Below, piece by piece: positions 14,131-40,125 of a DNA stretch of 64,000 bases. The translations under genes and the position numbers were made by a program. The stretch's first letter is position 1. Each line of letters opens with the position of its first letter. The notes under the pieces were generated by a model. The model made no database searches and was not told the DNA's origin. It saw only the letters and a list, made by a program, of their open reading frames with translations. Origin of the DNA: Macrostomum lignano (taxonomy: Eukaryota); assembly GCA_002269645.1 (NCBI GenBank), contig NIVC01000841.1, positions 370,946 through 434,945 on the forward strand, written 5' to 3'.

Positions 14131-17100
14131 TCAAAGTATCTCAAACACGTCCATGCAAGTTTTCCCGCCGCAGGTCTCTTCTATGTTACCCTCGCAGGCC
14201 ACGCGGCACTGATCGCACGCCATGCAGTTCACCATCCTTTTGTCGCAGTAACAAAACCGACTTTTGGTTAATCCGAAATACTTGAATCCTTGTTTCACGC
14301 AATAGTCATAGCATAACTTGCCAGTCATCTTCACAGTCGAGTGCTGAACAGTCTTTGACAGTGGGAAGTTGTAACTGTAGTGGTAGCAGCCCAAGTACAC
14401 GGAATTCGCTACTTTCGGAGTCTGTTTTAACCAGGCTTCTGCAAGGGGTTTTAAAAATGAGTCTCTGAGGTCGCCAACAGAAGAATTAGCAGCCGACTCA
14501 GTGTCTCAGTGCTCAACAGCTTTCTTTCTTTCCTGAGCAATGAGCATACAGTAACACAGGTAGCTAGTGTAGCTAGTGAGTAGAGAGACACGCTACACTT
14601 GGCGGTTTGGCACGGTTGCTTTGATTTGCCAGAGGCCCAGGCTCGATTCCCAGTGCAGTCACATTAATTTTGGGGCTAAATTGGAATCTCGGCTTGGCTC
14701 TGCTCGTGCAATTAACGCCATTGAGGGCCAACCCTAAGGCACAGTGAAGTGTACATGCATAAGTTAAAGCCGCTGCGCACTCCTGTGTGAGTGTGTGCCT
14801 GTGCGTATGACTGCGTACGTATCCGCGCGCTAGTGTGCCTGCTCAGGGGAGTCGGTGAAATGGGCAGTAATGCCTCTCACCAGTTGTGTGACAATTTCCC
14901 TTAAAGTGCTCCGAGGGCGTTCACCTAGCGCCAAAAGTGTTCACAAGGCTTCAAAGCATAAATGTAATGTAAATACATTCTGACGTCCTCTTAAAACGCA
15001 GTATCTTTGATGAACAACGGCAAAACCCCGCAAGCAAAGTCACAGAGCAGGGTGCGTCAGATGGTGCGCCGCAGAGCCTGAGAACGAAGTCCGTCCCGTT
15101 GGCAGTGTCGGGCGCCCCGGCGTCGCGTAGGAGGCAGTCCACGTATCGACGGGTTCGGGCCTGACCCCGCCTGAGCGGGCTCTGCAAGGTGAGCAGCAGA
15201 ACGTTTTGAACAGGAATTGGGGGCAGTAGCCCTCGGCCCGGATCACGTGGCCCGCCAGTTGAAGTTGCCGCCGGCGCAGGATGATGGACGGGCGCTGCAG
15301 CTTGGCCCGATCGTACAGGGCCTCGGTCCCGACGCTCTCGTCAGCTCGAAAGGCCAGCCCTGAGTGCGCCGAGTCCAGCTGCCGCTCCAGCGCAGCCGTC
15401 AGCGTCCACGTCTCGGCGTTGTATAGCAGGACGGTTTCGACCACCGCCTGCCACAGCCGAGCCTCTGGCGGTCGGGCAGCGCTTCGGACTGGACGACGAC
15501 CCGGATCGAACGGAGGGCCGCCCAGGCAAGTCCTCTGCGCCGCCGGAGGTCTTCCTCCACGTGGGGCACCAGACTGCCGAGTTAGGTGAACCGCTGGCAG
15601 CGTGCGAGCCTGGTCGTCTGCCCGTCTGCGCCGCGGCACGTCAGGCCCGCTGGGATGTCGGCCGGCACATGTCGGCCGGCACCTCGGTCTTCAGCGTGTT
15701 GTCAACCAGACCGACCCTCGATGCCACCTCGACCAGCCTGTCAATCTGGCGCTGGGCGCCTTCAACGGACGAGGACAGGAGGGCGAGGTCGTCGGCGTAG
15801 CCAAGCACGCTCAGCCTGTGCTTTTCGCTGTGGCGGCGGCCGATGCGTCTACACAGCAGGAAGCCGTCGTCAGCAGACGGGAGTGCGGTCCGAAGCACCC
15901 AGTCCAGCAACACCACGAAGAGGAACGACACCAGTGTGTCGCCCTGCAGAACTCCTGATGAAGTGTCGAACAGGTCAGACAGGCCGTCTGCCGTCACCAC
16001 AGCAGCTCGAGTATTGCAGTACAGCGCCATGACAGCGTCGATTAGCTGCTGTGGGACCCGGTAGGCTCGAAGGACAAAGGGAAGCGCGGCTCTCAACACC
16101 GAGTCAAACGCCTTTAGAAAGTCAACGAAGACAATGATCAGCGTAGACTGGCGGATGCGCGCCTCCTCGATGACACGGCGGAGTGCGAGGATCTGTGTCA
16201 CTGTACCGCGTTGCGGCCGGAATCCGTTCTGCTCGTACCGCAGGTACGGGTCCAGCACCGACTGCAGGCGATCGAGCAGCAGCCGGTTGAAGAGCTTCGC
16301 GGTGCAGGACATCAGCGAGATCCCGCGGTGGTCTTCTTTCCGCGTTTTCCCTGCCTTCTTTGAGATCGGCACGATGTGCGCGACGGTCCACTCGGTAGGC
16401 GCAGGAGCGCCGGCGAGCACGCGGTTCGTGACGCCTGTGACCTGGGAGGCCACAAAGCGGAGCCGCAGCGCTTCGACCGGGACCTCGTCGGGGCCGAGCG
16501 CCTTGCCGCCTGATGTTTTCCGAGCGAACAGCACAACGTCCTCCGTGGTGACTGGTCTGGTGCAGAAGTCCTCCTCAGCTGGGAGCGGCGTGTCCAATGG
16601 GAGCACAAAGCTGGCGGGCAGCGGCGACGCGGGCGCGTTCACGATGCCGGCGAAGAAGTCGCGCAATTCATTCCTGCGCTCCTCTGGGGTGTCGCCGGCC
16701 AGGTTCAGCGCCACTCGCTTTTTGCGCCCCGTCAGAGTCCGGACGGCCGTCCACACTGACCGGCTCTTCACGTCGGGGCCGGCTGCAGCAGTGATGGACC
16801 TGACGGCGTCTTCGACAGCGCCTGCTGCCGCTCGTCTAGAAGGCGCTCAAACGCGTCTTCAGCGTCGCCTGTGGTCCGCCTGTTTCTGCGGAGTCGCTCG
16901 ATGTTAAGCCGCGCCTGCCTGATGGTCGGGTCGCTCTGCCAGACAGGCATCGATTTTTGCGCTGGCCGCATCAGCGGGACCGTCTACTCCGCAGCGGCTC
17001 TAACGACGGTGCTGATGTCGGAATACTCCGCCTCGCGCTGGTCTCCAAGCGCGCCAACGAAGGTGCCCGCGAATTGACGCTTCACGCGGGTGTCCAACAG

Positions 17101-19349
17101 TGCGCGATAGTAGCGCCGTGGCCGCTGCTTTGGCGGTCGGTAGAGCTGGTCGCGGAGCCGCAAGTCGCAGAACAGGAGTCTTTGGTCTGACCGGAGAGCC
17201 ACTGGAGCCATGGTGTCGCAGTTGGTGACGCGGCGGCGCTCGCGAGTGCGAACCAGCGCATGATCGAGTTGCGCCAGTCTCCTCGTGGCGTTCCGCCCGC
17301 ATGAGTTCCGTCACCTTTTGCAGCCCGAAAAGGTGACCAGGCGTGCAGGGGGCTTGCGGAACTGGGTGTTCGCGGACACCAGGTCCAGCCGGTCAAGCAG
17401 ATTCTCCAGCGCATCGGTGTTTGGCGTTCTCTCGTCCCGCGACAAAAGACGAGTGCTCGGACCTCCGCAGGACTGCGTTCAGGTCTCCGAGCACTGCCAG
17501 CGTGTCGTGGTTTGGCACCTCTTCCAGCTGCCCAGCCAGGAAGTCGAAGAAGGCACCAGCCTGCTCAGGGTGAGCAGCGGTGGGTGCATACGCGCAGAAC
17601 AGCCGGATGCAGCGGTCGCGCGGTCGCAGGTCGACCCGCATTAGTCGCGGGGACAGTGAGATGCAGTGCACGCTCTGCTGGAGGCGCGGTCCGATCAGCA
17701 CGCCGACACCGCCCCGGCCGCGGTCGTCTGCCGACGTGTACAGGAGGCTCCAGCCAGTTCCGAGGTCCTCAGAGTGGAGCCCCGGCTCAGCCACGATAGA
17801 GACCTCCTGCAGCGTGACGAGGTCCAGCTGTAGGTCGTGGGCCAGCTGGACGAGATTGATGCGACGCCAGGGGGCCTTCAGAGTTCGGCAGTTCATCGTG
17901 CCGAGCCTGAGGCGGCCACCTGGTACAGCTGGGGCCAGATGGAGGTTGGCCTCGTGGTCCCCGCGAAGCCACCCGGCTGATCCATAGTTGAAGTAGCAGC
18001 TGGACTGGGGACAACAGACGCCTGGCCGCGCCGCGGAGTCGTCTTCGACCGACCTCTGTGTGTCCCTGGAGTGCTGAGCTTTGCTGTCGCAGCCGTAGCG
18101 CGGCCGTCCGAGCCAACCGAGGTCATCCGCGGCCTGGTGATCTGGCCGCGATGCCAAGAGGTGTCAACACTGTTTGCACGGGTGTGCACATATAATGTCT
18201 GCAAATGTATTGGTTCTTTAATGAAGCACAACAGCTTAAGCAACATACCTCTTTTAAAGCGATCATCGTTAAGTACCAGACCAACCGCGAACACCTCCAT
18301 TGAGTATCTGCCTCCGCACGTGGCTGACTTCAGCATCTTGCACTGCATTTTTCGGCAACGTCTGTCACTCAGCCTTTGAGTAACAGTAAGCACAGCATTT
18401 CCACAGTAGCAGTCCACTCCGTTGTGCAGGCCAAACAGCCGACGCGAAGCTTTGATGCAACAGTAGTAGCATTTCTCCGGTGTGATGTCAGTCACTTTTG
18501 TGCACATCCTGGCCTCTATAGCCTGGTTCCATCTGGTGTGCGAGAAGCAGCCAACTCCTGCTTTGCTTAGATCTGGAATTTTTTTTTTGTCTTGTTGAAG
18601 CACTGGGGTTCTTATGTCGTTATGAGTAGTCTCGAGCATTAGGTTCCGTTATTACGAGTAAGCGTTTGATCCGTTATAGTAACAGAGGTAATGTTTTTAT
18701 AACGATTAACGTACCATACTCGTAGGTACTTTTTTCGGGGCAACGGAATAACAGTTTTGCGTTACTTTTTGTTCTCTTCCGTTACACTTTTTCACTTTTT
18801 TCTTTTCTTTTCTTTTAAAAAGCAAGAAGTAACGGATTATTAATGCCTTTTTGTAAAAATTTCCGTTTTTTTGTAAATTAAAGAAGTTTAATTTTTTTAG
18901 TTCTGTATAAAATGAGTGTGAATTTCTTCTAAGAAATGAAAACCTGCGCTGTTATGCTTACCTGGGGTCGCCATCACAAGCTCGAAAAATCACATCGTCG
19001 AAAACTGATTTAACAACCACCATCACAAACTCGAAAAGTCGTAAGCTCGAAAAATCACATCGTCGAAGAGTTTAGCAACTATCATCGCAAGCTCGTAAAG
19101 GCACTAGCTCTAACCCTAACCCTAAAGCACCAGTACCCTAACCTAACCCTAAACCCTAACCCTAAAGGCACAAGTTCTAACCCTAACCCTATTCGAGTTT
19201 GTGATGGTGGTTGTTAAATCAGTTTTCGACGATGTGATTTTTCGAGCTTGTGATGGGCTTCCCTTACCTGGACTCTTCGTCGCAGTCGCAATGAAAGCAG
19301 ACAACAGAATTCCTAGTAGATGTAGGAGAAAGCACTGAATTCGCTTCAT
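14131..19349 (-). CDS. WSC-domain protein gene 3: signal peptide + 2 WSC, about 237 aa (exons 19349-19268, 18572-18249, 14438-14131)
   Basis: MKRIQCFLLHLLGILLSAFIATA signal peptide; GVGCF..CYYCC..FGLHNGVDCYCG..CGG..EVF; YLGCY..CYDYC..YFGLTKSRFCYCD..CRVACEG..CGG..DVF*. Phase-1 GT-AG introns; intron 1 holds a MITE, intron 2 holds an RTE LINE and a SINE. Confidence 0.88.
14590..14935 (+). mobile_element. tRNA-derived SINE, most complete copy in the window
   Basis: A-box-like TGGCGGTTTGG (14600-14610), B-box-like GGCTCGATTCC (14640-14650), then the shared GTGTACATG..CCTGTGTGAG..CTGCTCAGGG..AATGGGCAG..GTTGTGTGACAA domain. Confidence 0.7.
14975..18160 (-). mobile_element. RTE-clade non-LTR retrotransposon (APE endonuclease + reverse transcriptase), near full length but with several frameshifts
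   Basis: EN motifs GTMNCRTL, LQEV, GGVG, YAPT, GDLNA; RT motifs RGISLMSCTAKLFNR, QNGFRP, FVDFLKAFDSV, GVLQGDTL, YADDLALL; short TACAT-like tail near 14975-14990; GC content far above the flanks. Confidence 0.95.
18966..19262. mobile_element. Mutator-like MITE with about 70-bp TIRs, a (CCCTAA)n core and a 9-bp TSD CTTACCTGG
   Basis: TSD at 18957-18965 and 19263-19271; arms CCATCACAAGCTCGAAAAATCACATCGTCGAAAACTGATTTAACAACCACCATCACAAACTCGAA are exact inverted copies. Confidence 0.85.
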
Positions 19350-19522
19350 TATAATATTGTTTTCTATGGACAAGTGCGACACAAAATAGTACTTTTCCGA
19401 CTTTGTGCTCTTCAAAATATCAGTATAAAAAAAGTAATACTGGTAGCTAAGCTAGCTGGCTACACAAAACGGGAGAATGGTTCACTCTGAAATCGACGTT
19501 TTTCTGCCATAGACATACGTAG

Positions 19523-20296
<774 letters not shown>

Positions 20297-20477
20297 TCAG
20301 TAGCATTTATGAGTAGCATTCAGCTGGTTTGGCCAATGAAAGCTGTTTCAAATCCTACATCCTAGTCCTGAGGCTACAAGAGGATGAAAAAACATCTAAA
20401 AGGTAGCTGCGTTTCAATGCAACAGAGAAATTTCTTGCAGCTAACTGGTAGCAACAAATTTGCTGGAACAATCAACA

Positions 20478-21646
20478 ATGAAGTCCCTAACGCTGACTTT
20501 GTGGTTCTATTCTGTCGTTCTGTTTTGTCTCTATAAGCCAACATCAGCTGGGATCGTGTTCACAGTCAACAAGATGGGCAGCCTCTCAACTCCGATTGAA
20601 ATGGGCCCAGCTGCCGGCAGCGACAGGCTGAAATGCGCCAAAGACTGCACTACGAACCCGGCCTGTTTCGGTTTCACCTGGTTGCCGAGTATTTGTCGCC
20701 TCTTCAACCTGTCCGCTTTCTACGACTTGGCCTGGGAGAACTCAGCCGCTAGCGACGTCTACACGAGGAAAGTTGGTAAGTGAAGAGCCTAACCATCTGG
20801 TCCTTCGGTGCATTTCCTGCAGTCCTTCGGTGCATTTCCTGCAGCTTTCGGTGCATTTCCTGCAGTCCTTCGGTGCATTTCCTGCAGCTTTCGGTGCATT
20901 TCCTGCAGTCCTTCGGTGCATTTCCTGCAGTCCTTCGGTGCATTTCCTGCAGTCCTTCGGTGCATTTCCTGCAGTCCTTCGTTGCATTTCCTGCAGTCCT
21001 TCGGTGCATTTCCTGCAGTCCTTCGGTGCATTTCCTGCAGTCCTTCGTTGCATTTCCTGCAGTCCTTCGGTGCATTTCCTGCAGTCCTTCGTTGCATTTC
21101 CTGCAGTCCTTCGGTGCATTTCCTGCAGTCCTTCGGTGCATTTCTTGCAGTTTTCATTGAAGTCATTAAATGATCATAACGATCTTGTAAGAGTTAACAA
21201 CTATGGTGTTAGAATTTCCATGAAAAAACGTCATTATTGCTATTTCAATTGCAGCCAAACTAAACTTCATTGCCTGCAATCAAAGCTCGGTTCTTCAAGA
21301 CGGAGTCTGCGAGAGAGCGATCGATGGAAATAAGATTCAACAATATCACCTTGGCAAAACATGCATGCAAACTGACAGCAAGGGCTACCCAGGCTGGTGG
21401 GAGGGTCAACTCTCTGCTGCTGCTGAGGTGTCGCATGTGACCATCTACAACAGGGTGGACTGCTGCAGCAACCGGTTGAACAAGCTTTCCCTGCAAGTGG
21501 ACGGTGTCGAGTGCCACAGGGTGGACCTGACCGTGCCATTTTCGAAAGCCACCTTCAACTGCAACGCCTTTGGAAGCAGGCTCACCGTCTTGAGCCTAGT
21601 GAAGCACATTATTTCCATGTGCGAGGTCGAGATCTATGGAATCTAA
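20478..21646 (+). CDS. Secreted PAN/apple + F-type lectin (fucolectin) domain protein, about 229 aa (exons 20478-20775, 21255-21646)
   Basis: Signal peptide MKSLTLTLWFYSVVLFCLYKPTSA; PAN-like CAKDCTTNPACFGFTWLPSICRL; F-lectin QSS..AIDGN..CMQT..WWEGQL..VTIYNRVDCCSNRL..CEVEIYG; phase-1 GT-AG intron. Confidence 0.88.
20797..21150. repeat. 22-bp tandem repeat (TCCTTCGGTGCATTTCCTGCAG)n in the PAN/F-lectin intron
   Basis: About 16 copies. Confidence 0.96.
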
Positions 21647-21807
21647 TAACACTGCCCGAGATTTGTAGAACGAAACGTAACTCCGTCATAGTACGAGCGT
21701 ATAACAACTTTTCAATTTTTTGTTTCAAGTTTTACATTTTCAATAACTGTTCTACTACGCTCTCCTCGTATGGCAAGTATAGCTAACGTTCTAGAAAATC
21801 TAGAATC

Positions 21808-21821
21808 TACTACTACTACTG

Positions 21822-21863
<42 letters not shown>

Positions 21864-21884
21864 ATACTACTACTACTACTACTG

Positions 21885-21931
<47 letters not shown>

Positions 21932-22024
21932 GCTGCTGCTACTACTACTACTAATACTACTACTACTACTACTGCTACTACTACTACTAATACTACTACT
22001 AGCTCGTACTACTACTACTGATAC

Positions 22025-22065
<41 letters not shown>

Positions 22066-22228
22066 ATACTACTACTAGCTCGTACTACTACTACTGATAC
22101 TACTACTAATACTACTGCTACTACTACTGATACTACTACTACTGCTACTACTGCTACTACTACTACTACTACTACTACTAGCTCGTACTACTACTACTGC
22201 TACTACTACTACTACTACTGCTACTACA
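21808..22228. repeat. (ACT)n trinucleotide microsatellite with interruptions
   Basis: Read directly. Confidence 0.97.
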
Positions 22229-25200
22229 AGAACTTAACTAGCTAATTTTAGGAATAGTAATAACAATAGAAAGAGACACCAAAAATAATTATTAATAAAT
22301 AATACAGAACCAACATATTTCGAAACCGCAATTATACAAAACAAATTGCGACCATGGTTTAATAATCAGGCATGCCAAACCTATTTGACTTTAGAATTTC
22401 ACTTTCTTACTATGACTTAAGCAGGTTTCGAGGTGCCCTGTGCAATACGACTCCAATTTAAACAGTGGCCCAAAGTTGCGAAGTTTTGGGGAATACTATG
22501 ATGATTGGATTTGAAAGTCTGTAAGTCTGTTGCTTGCGCTGAAACGAAAGCTTCGAGAGTGGCGCTGCCTGTGGAGTCAAAATGAGTGTTGAATGAGTGA
22601 AAATAACTTAGGAGTTTAGTCATGTAGAGTTCTTGGCTTTTGTCCTCCCCACCATAAAATCCATGGCAACCGGCCCCTGTTTCCAATGCTGCTTTTGTTT
22701 CTTGTCCAAAGTTACCCTCGAGTAAACGCCTCCCATGGCACTGATGGTCCCCATCTGTCGTTTTTCTCTCTGAATTTAGTCCCCCCCCCCAGCTCAACTT
22801 CGGAAACTGCAGGCAGCAGCTCAAAATCCTTAAACAAAGGCTCCACTTAAGAATAGATTTGCTTCTTTCAGCTGTTGGGGGTGAGTCTCCAGCCGGCATG
22901 CATGGTTTCTCAATCGAACTCCACTCTGCTAGTATAATGCGGTTCCAGTCCAAGGAACAACAATGGACAGCCCAAGTGTGTATGTGTAAAAAATTTTCTA
23001 CCATTTTTTCCAAAAGTGAAGAAACAGTTTCTTTTAGGGGATCGACAATTTCTGTGAGTGAAGGATTTCTCTCTCCTTACAAGCTTATGCATGCAGTCCC
23101 ACTTTAAGCAGTTCGCGGATAGTACCTAAATTGTTGTTGACACAGTTTCAGCAGGTAGTCTTATAGTGACAGTCTTGTTTAAGTACGCGGTCACTCCTAG
23201 GATTGAACGATTCAGTCAGGCTAATTCACTCTACTATTAGTAGGTTCCAGGAGAAATGTTAGTACGCTCGTAGTTAAGTTTATTACTGAGCTGTGAGTTT
23301 GTATAGGTGTAAAAAGCAGTTGAGCTTCTAAGGAAAACAGACCTTTTTGGAGTTAAGATCTCTGCCTTTTGGTTTCCATCTGCTCACCTCGATCCATCTG
23401 CTGTCTCTCTCCTCTGGTAGTCTCCCTCTGCTATTTGTGTCTTGGCTCCCATCACTGACTGGGGTCAGGCGTCCCGGATTAGGAGTTCGGTTCCGAATCG
23501 GGGAAAACCGGCTCTGGTGTGTCCTTTCGCTCTGGTGTGTCTGCTCCCTCTCCGGTCCCTTGGCGTGGGCAATTTGAGTTGGGAAGCGAAATAAGCCTTG
23601 TGGCTTGCAACCCTATTAGAGGTGTGAGGGCAAGCTTACTGATAGGAGTTTCGCCCTGCAGGGGGAATAAGCTGCTCAAACTCGTTCCAATCTGAAAGCC
23701 TTTGATCCGTAGACTCGGGGCCGCCCTGGGTGCCTTGTTATAGGTAAAAACAATGCCCGGGGTATTTCCGAAGTCCCGCTCTCGGACCTGCTTTCTAAAA
23801 ACTTTCCAAAAATTTCCTTTCTAATTCTATTTTTTTGCGCGCACACTCAGGTTATGGCGTTGGGATGGTGGCCTGGGGACAGTCTTAGAACGCGTCTACC
23901 TGATTCCACTGGTTGGGTTCTCTTTGTCCTCCTCAATTTGTTGAGCCCTGCAGTTGCTAGGGTCAGACTCCTAGCTCCAATCCTGTGGTGACCCTGTTAG
24001 GCTTTCTTTTTCACCGGGGTCTTAATTTACAAGATCAGGCGCATGTAAATGCGTGGGGCAGAAGGACACCATTAAGCGAGAATGGGACTGACTCAGAGTG
24101 CTTGGGAGGGGCAGATAAGATGCAATCATGCAGTCTAAGAATGAATCGACAATAGAATGTCGTTAAATGTACCCGTACAAGCGTACATGCCATGAATATC
24201 AGTGTACGAGCTAATAGCCTGCAACGGAATGTGTTGCGCAAATTATAAGAAACCTTTTATTTTCAGATAAGTTGGAATATATTTCTTGTCTAAGTCCTAC
24301 GTTTCGGAAAAATAATTCACTTGGTGGCCAAAGTAGCGCTAAATGAAGTGTTTTTTTACGTTTTTAGCGACGAGCATGAATTGAGCTGCCGGAACATTCC
24401 AGTACAAAAGAGAGAGATAATCTACAGAAGACGTGGAGTTAGCGGGTCTACCGCATCATCAAATGTCTCAGCAAAAATAGCTGGTACTTATCAGCTGGCT
24501 GGTTTCTAAAAATGTGAAAACGGAAGACGTCTCAATCAAAGCATCTGAAGAAGGCGGTGACTCATCAGGCTTCATTCAGCGGATCGCCAATTTTTGATTT
24601 ATCGAATTAGATTGGTGAATGAAGTTAACAAACTGCTTTTCGGTTGGCAATAGTAGCCTTAATTTTAGTTTTTTTGGAGTGTGTAAAAAAGCCGAAATTG
24701 TTATTGAAATATACAGTTAAATAGCATTTCGCAGATGTTTGCCATTGATAAGGTAACAAAAAGTGATTTTCTACTTTGCGAAAAGTGATCTCGAAATTTT
24801 TTGCTATTTCTAGCCCCGGATATCAGTAGCCGGATGTCCTGAAGCAAACCTCTGTCTCTGCAGGCTGACACCTTGCTTTCAACCTACAGTCGGATGTCCC
24901 AAGACAACTTCCCCTTCTTGTGATCTCCGGACCGGATAGCAGAGTCAGTGCCGTAGGATGTCCGGGAGAGACATCTCAAAGTGCCCGGACAATGCAAAGC
25001 CACTCAAGATATCCGGGAAGGAGAAAACACAGCAGGTTTTTTGCTTGGCAGTATCCGGGCGGATATTGTAAGTGCGTTCGGATATCCGGGCCAGACAAAA
25101 ACCCCGGATAGTATAAAGTGTAACACCGGGTCAAGTACCCCTGGTGGAATAACCATAAATACCTTGCGGCAGAGCCCTTTCCTGTGCTGATCCGCGCTAG

Positions 25201-26219
25201 CTAGGCATAGCTTGGCATCCCCGTTTAACAACAACAGACCTTTATTACAACTTTTAGAAATTTCGAGGTAAGAGCGGAAATAAATTTAGAAAATAAAAAC
25301 TGCTCAAAGATTTGTCTCGTCTTTCACAGGATATTGGTACACCCGTGAATAATTATTTAAAAAAATTCTTTTAATAGCTTCACAGAAACTTGACAGTGAC
25401 CCAACAGCCTTATAGATTGTTTTTGAATAAATAAATAAATAAAACAAAAGCGCAAAGCGCTTCATTTGAGGATGCCGGATTTTGCGCGAATTTGTTTATT
25501 AACTTCGCGACTTAAAGTTTAAGCGTCTTTTATATTTCAGTGGCTTAAAACATTTTGCTTTGATATCAAGATAAAGATGTTTTCATCAGTTCAGTGGCTT
25601 GACATTATTACGAAAGCAGGTCGATTTTCAGTTAACATCGAAAGGGACTTTCTGCAGAACAAGCAGTAGGTCAACTCTCAAACAACTTGACAACAAATTT
25701 TACGACATCAATAAATCCAATAGCTTTTGTTTTTAATGACTTTTGTATTTTTTTTTAATGTGGATATTTTAACTATTTGTATCCATTTAAAAGTTTTTTT
25801 AAGTTTGAATAACTGTTAATTAATTAAAATGGTTTACATAATTTCAATGGTTATAAATTAATTCATTATTTTACTCGCCATCTTATATTGATTAACAATA
25901 TGTAATTTTGTAGTCTAATTCACAAATAGCTCTCAAACACGGGCAACTGTACAACATCGAACAAAATATAATACGCTTTAATAATTATTTATTGATCCAG
26001 TTTGATAAAGCGAGATCTAGTTGAGGAAAAAGTTCCCAATCTCAGTTTGGTCTTATGAATAATTTTTTTCTGTATCACATTTAATTAGGTTAAGAAGACG
26101 AATAAACAGAAGCCAATTTTCGGCAGACGACAACATTTAACCACTCTTCTTAACAATAACACAAGTTCCGTTTGTCCATTTTTCGTTAATCCGTTTCCGA
26201 GATTAGCCAGTTGTTGTTG

Positions 26220-39624
<13,405 letters not shown>

Positions 39625-40125
39625 TTTTGAAACGGAATCTTGCTGCTACTAAAACAGCAGCATTATTATGTCAAAGCCAGCAATTTTTTTAATTCTTATA
39701 ATTTCCTAAAAGTTAGAAAGAAGCCGCGCCGCAAAAAGCAAAAGTCGGAACGGTTGGAGTATTTAATATTCAAATAAAAATATCAGCGATAACTGGAAAT
39801 GCCAAAAAACAAGTAGGTTTTAAATTAAGTATATTTTTTATATATTCCTAACAGTTTTTTAATTAAAAACACAGATAAAGCACTAAGTAATGAAAAAATA
39901 TTTATCGTTTGTTTATATGTGTAACAATTGAAGAAAATAGCAGGAGTTTAACTTTCTGTCATGATGATTTTTTATTAGTTAATCATCTTATTTAATACAC
40001 ACTCTATTCTATTTAATCTTCCAGAAAGTTAATATTTCGCAAAAAATATCAACGTGCTTCAATTGAATTTGCATCCTAACTTAGGTTTCCTTTTACTGCT
40101 TCAGAGCTTCCTAAATCAGCTCGAC
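39625..40125. promoter_or_regulatory. Probable bidirectional promoter region, PTPRN (-) / NDUFS4 (+)
   Basis: The two start codons diverge about 500 bp apart (39624 and 40126); transcription start sites not determined. Confidence 0.55.

Noticed and set aside
14600-14670. tRNA gene
   Set aside because: A/B boxes present but no full cloverleaf, and it runs into a dispersed repeat; treated as a SINE head
15281-18379. Many overlapping GC-rich ORFs on both strands
   Set aside because: Alternative-frame or antisense shadows of the RTE element
19100-19192. Telomere or chromosome-fusion scar (CCCTAA)n
   Set aside because: Short, degenerate and enclosed within a TIR/TSD-bounded MITE
24805-25200. 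hAT-like element with CCGGATA subrepeats
   Set aside because: TIR match is weak and no convincing TSD; probably an old DNA-transposon relic but boundaries cannot be supported
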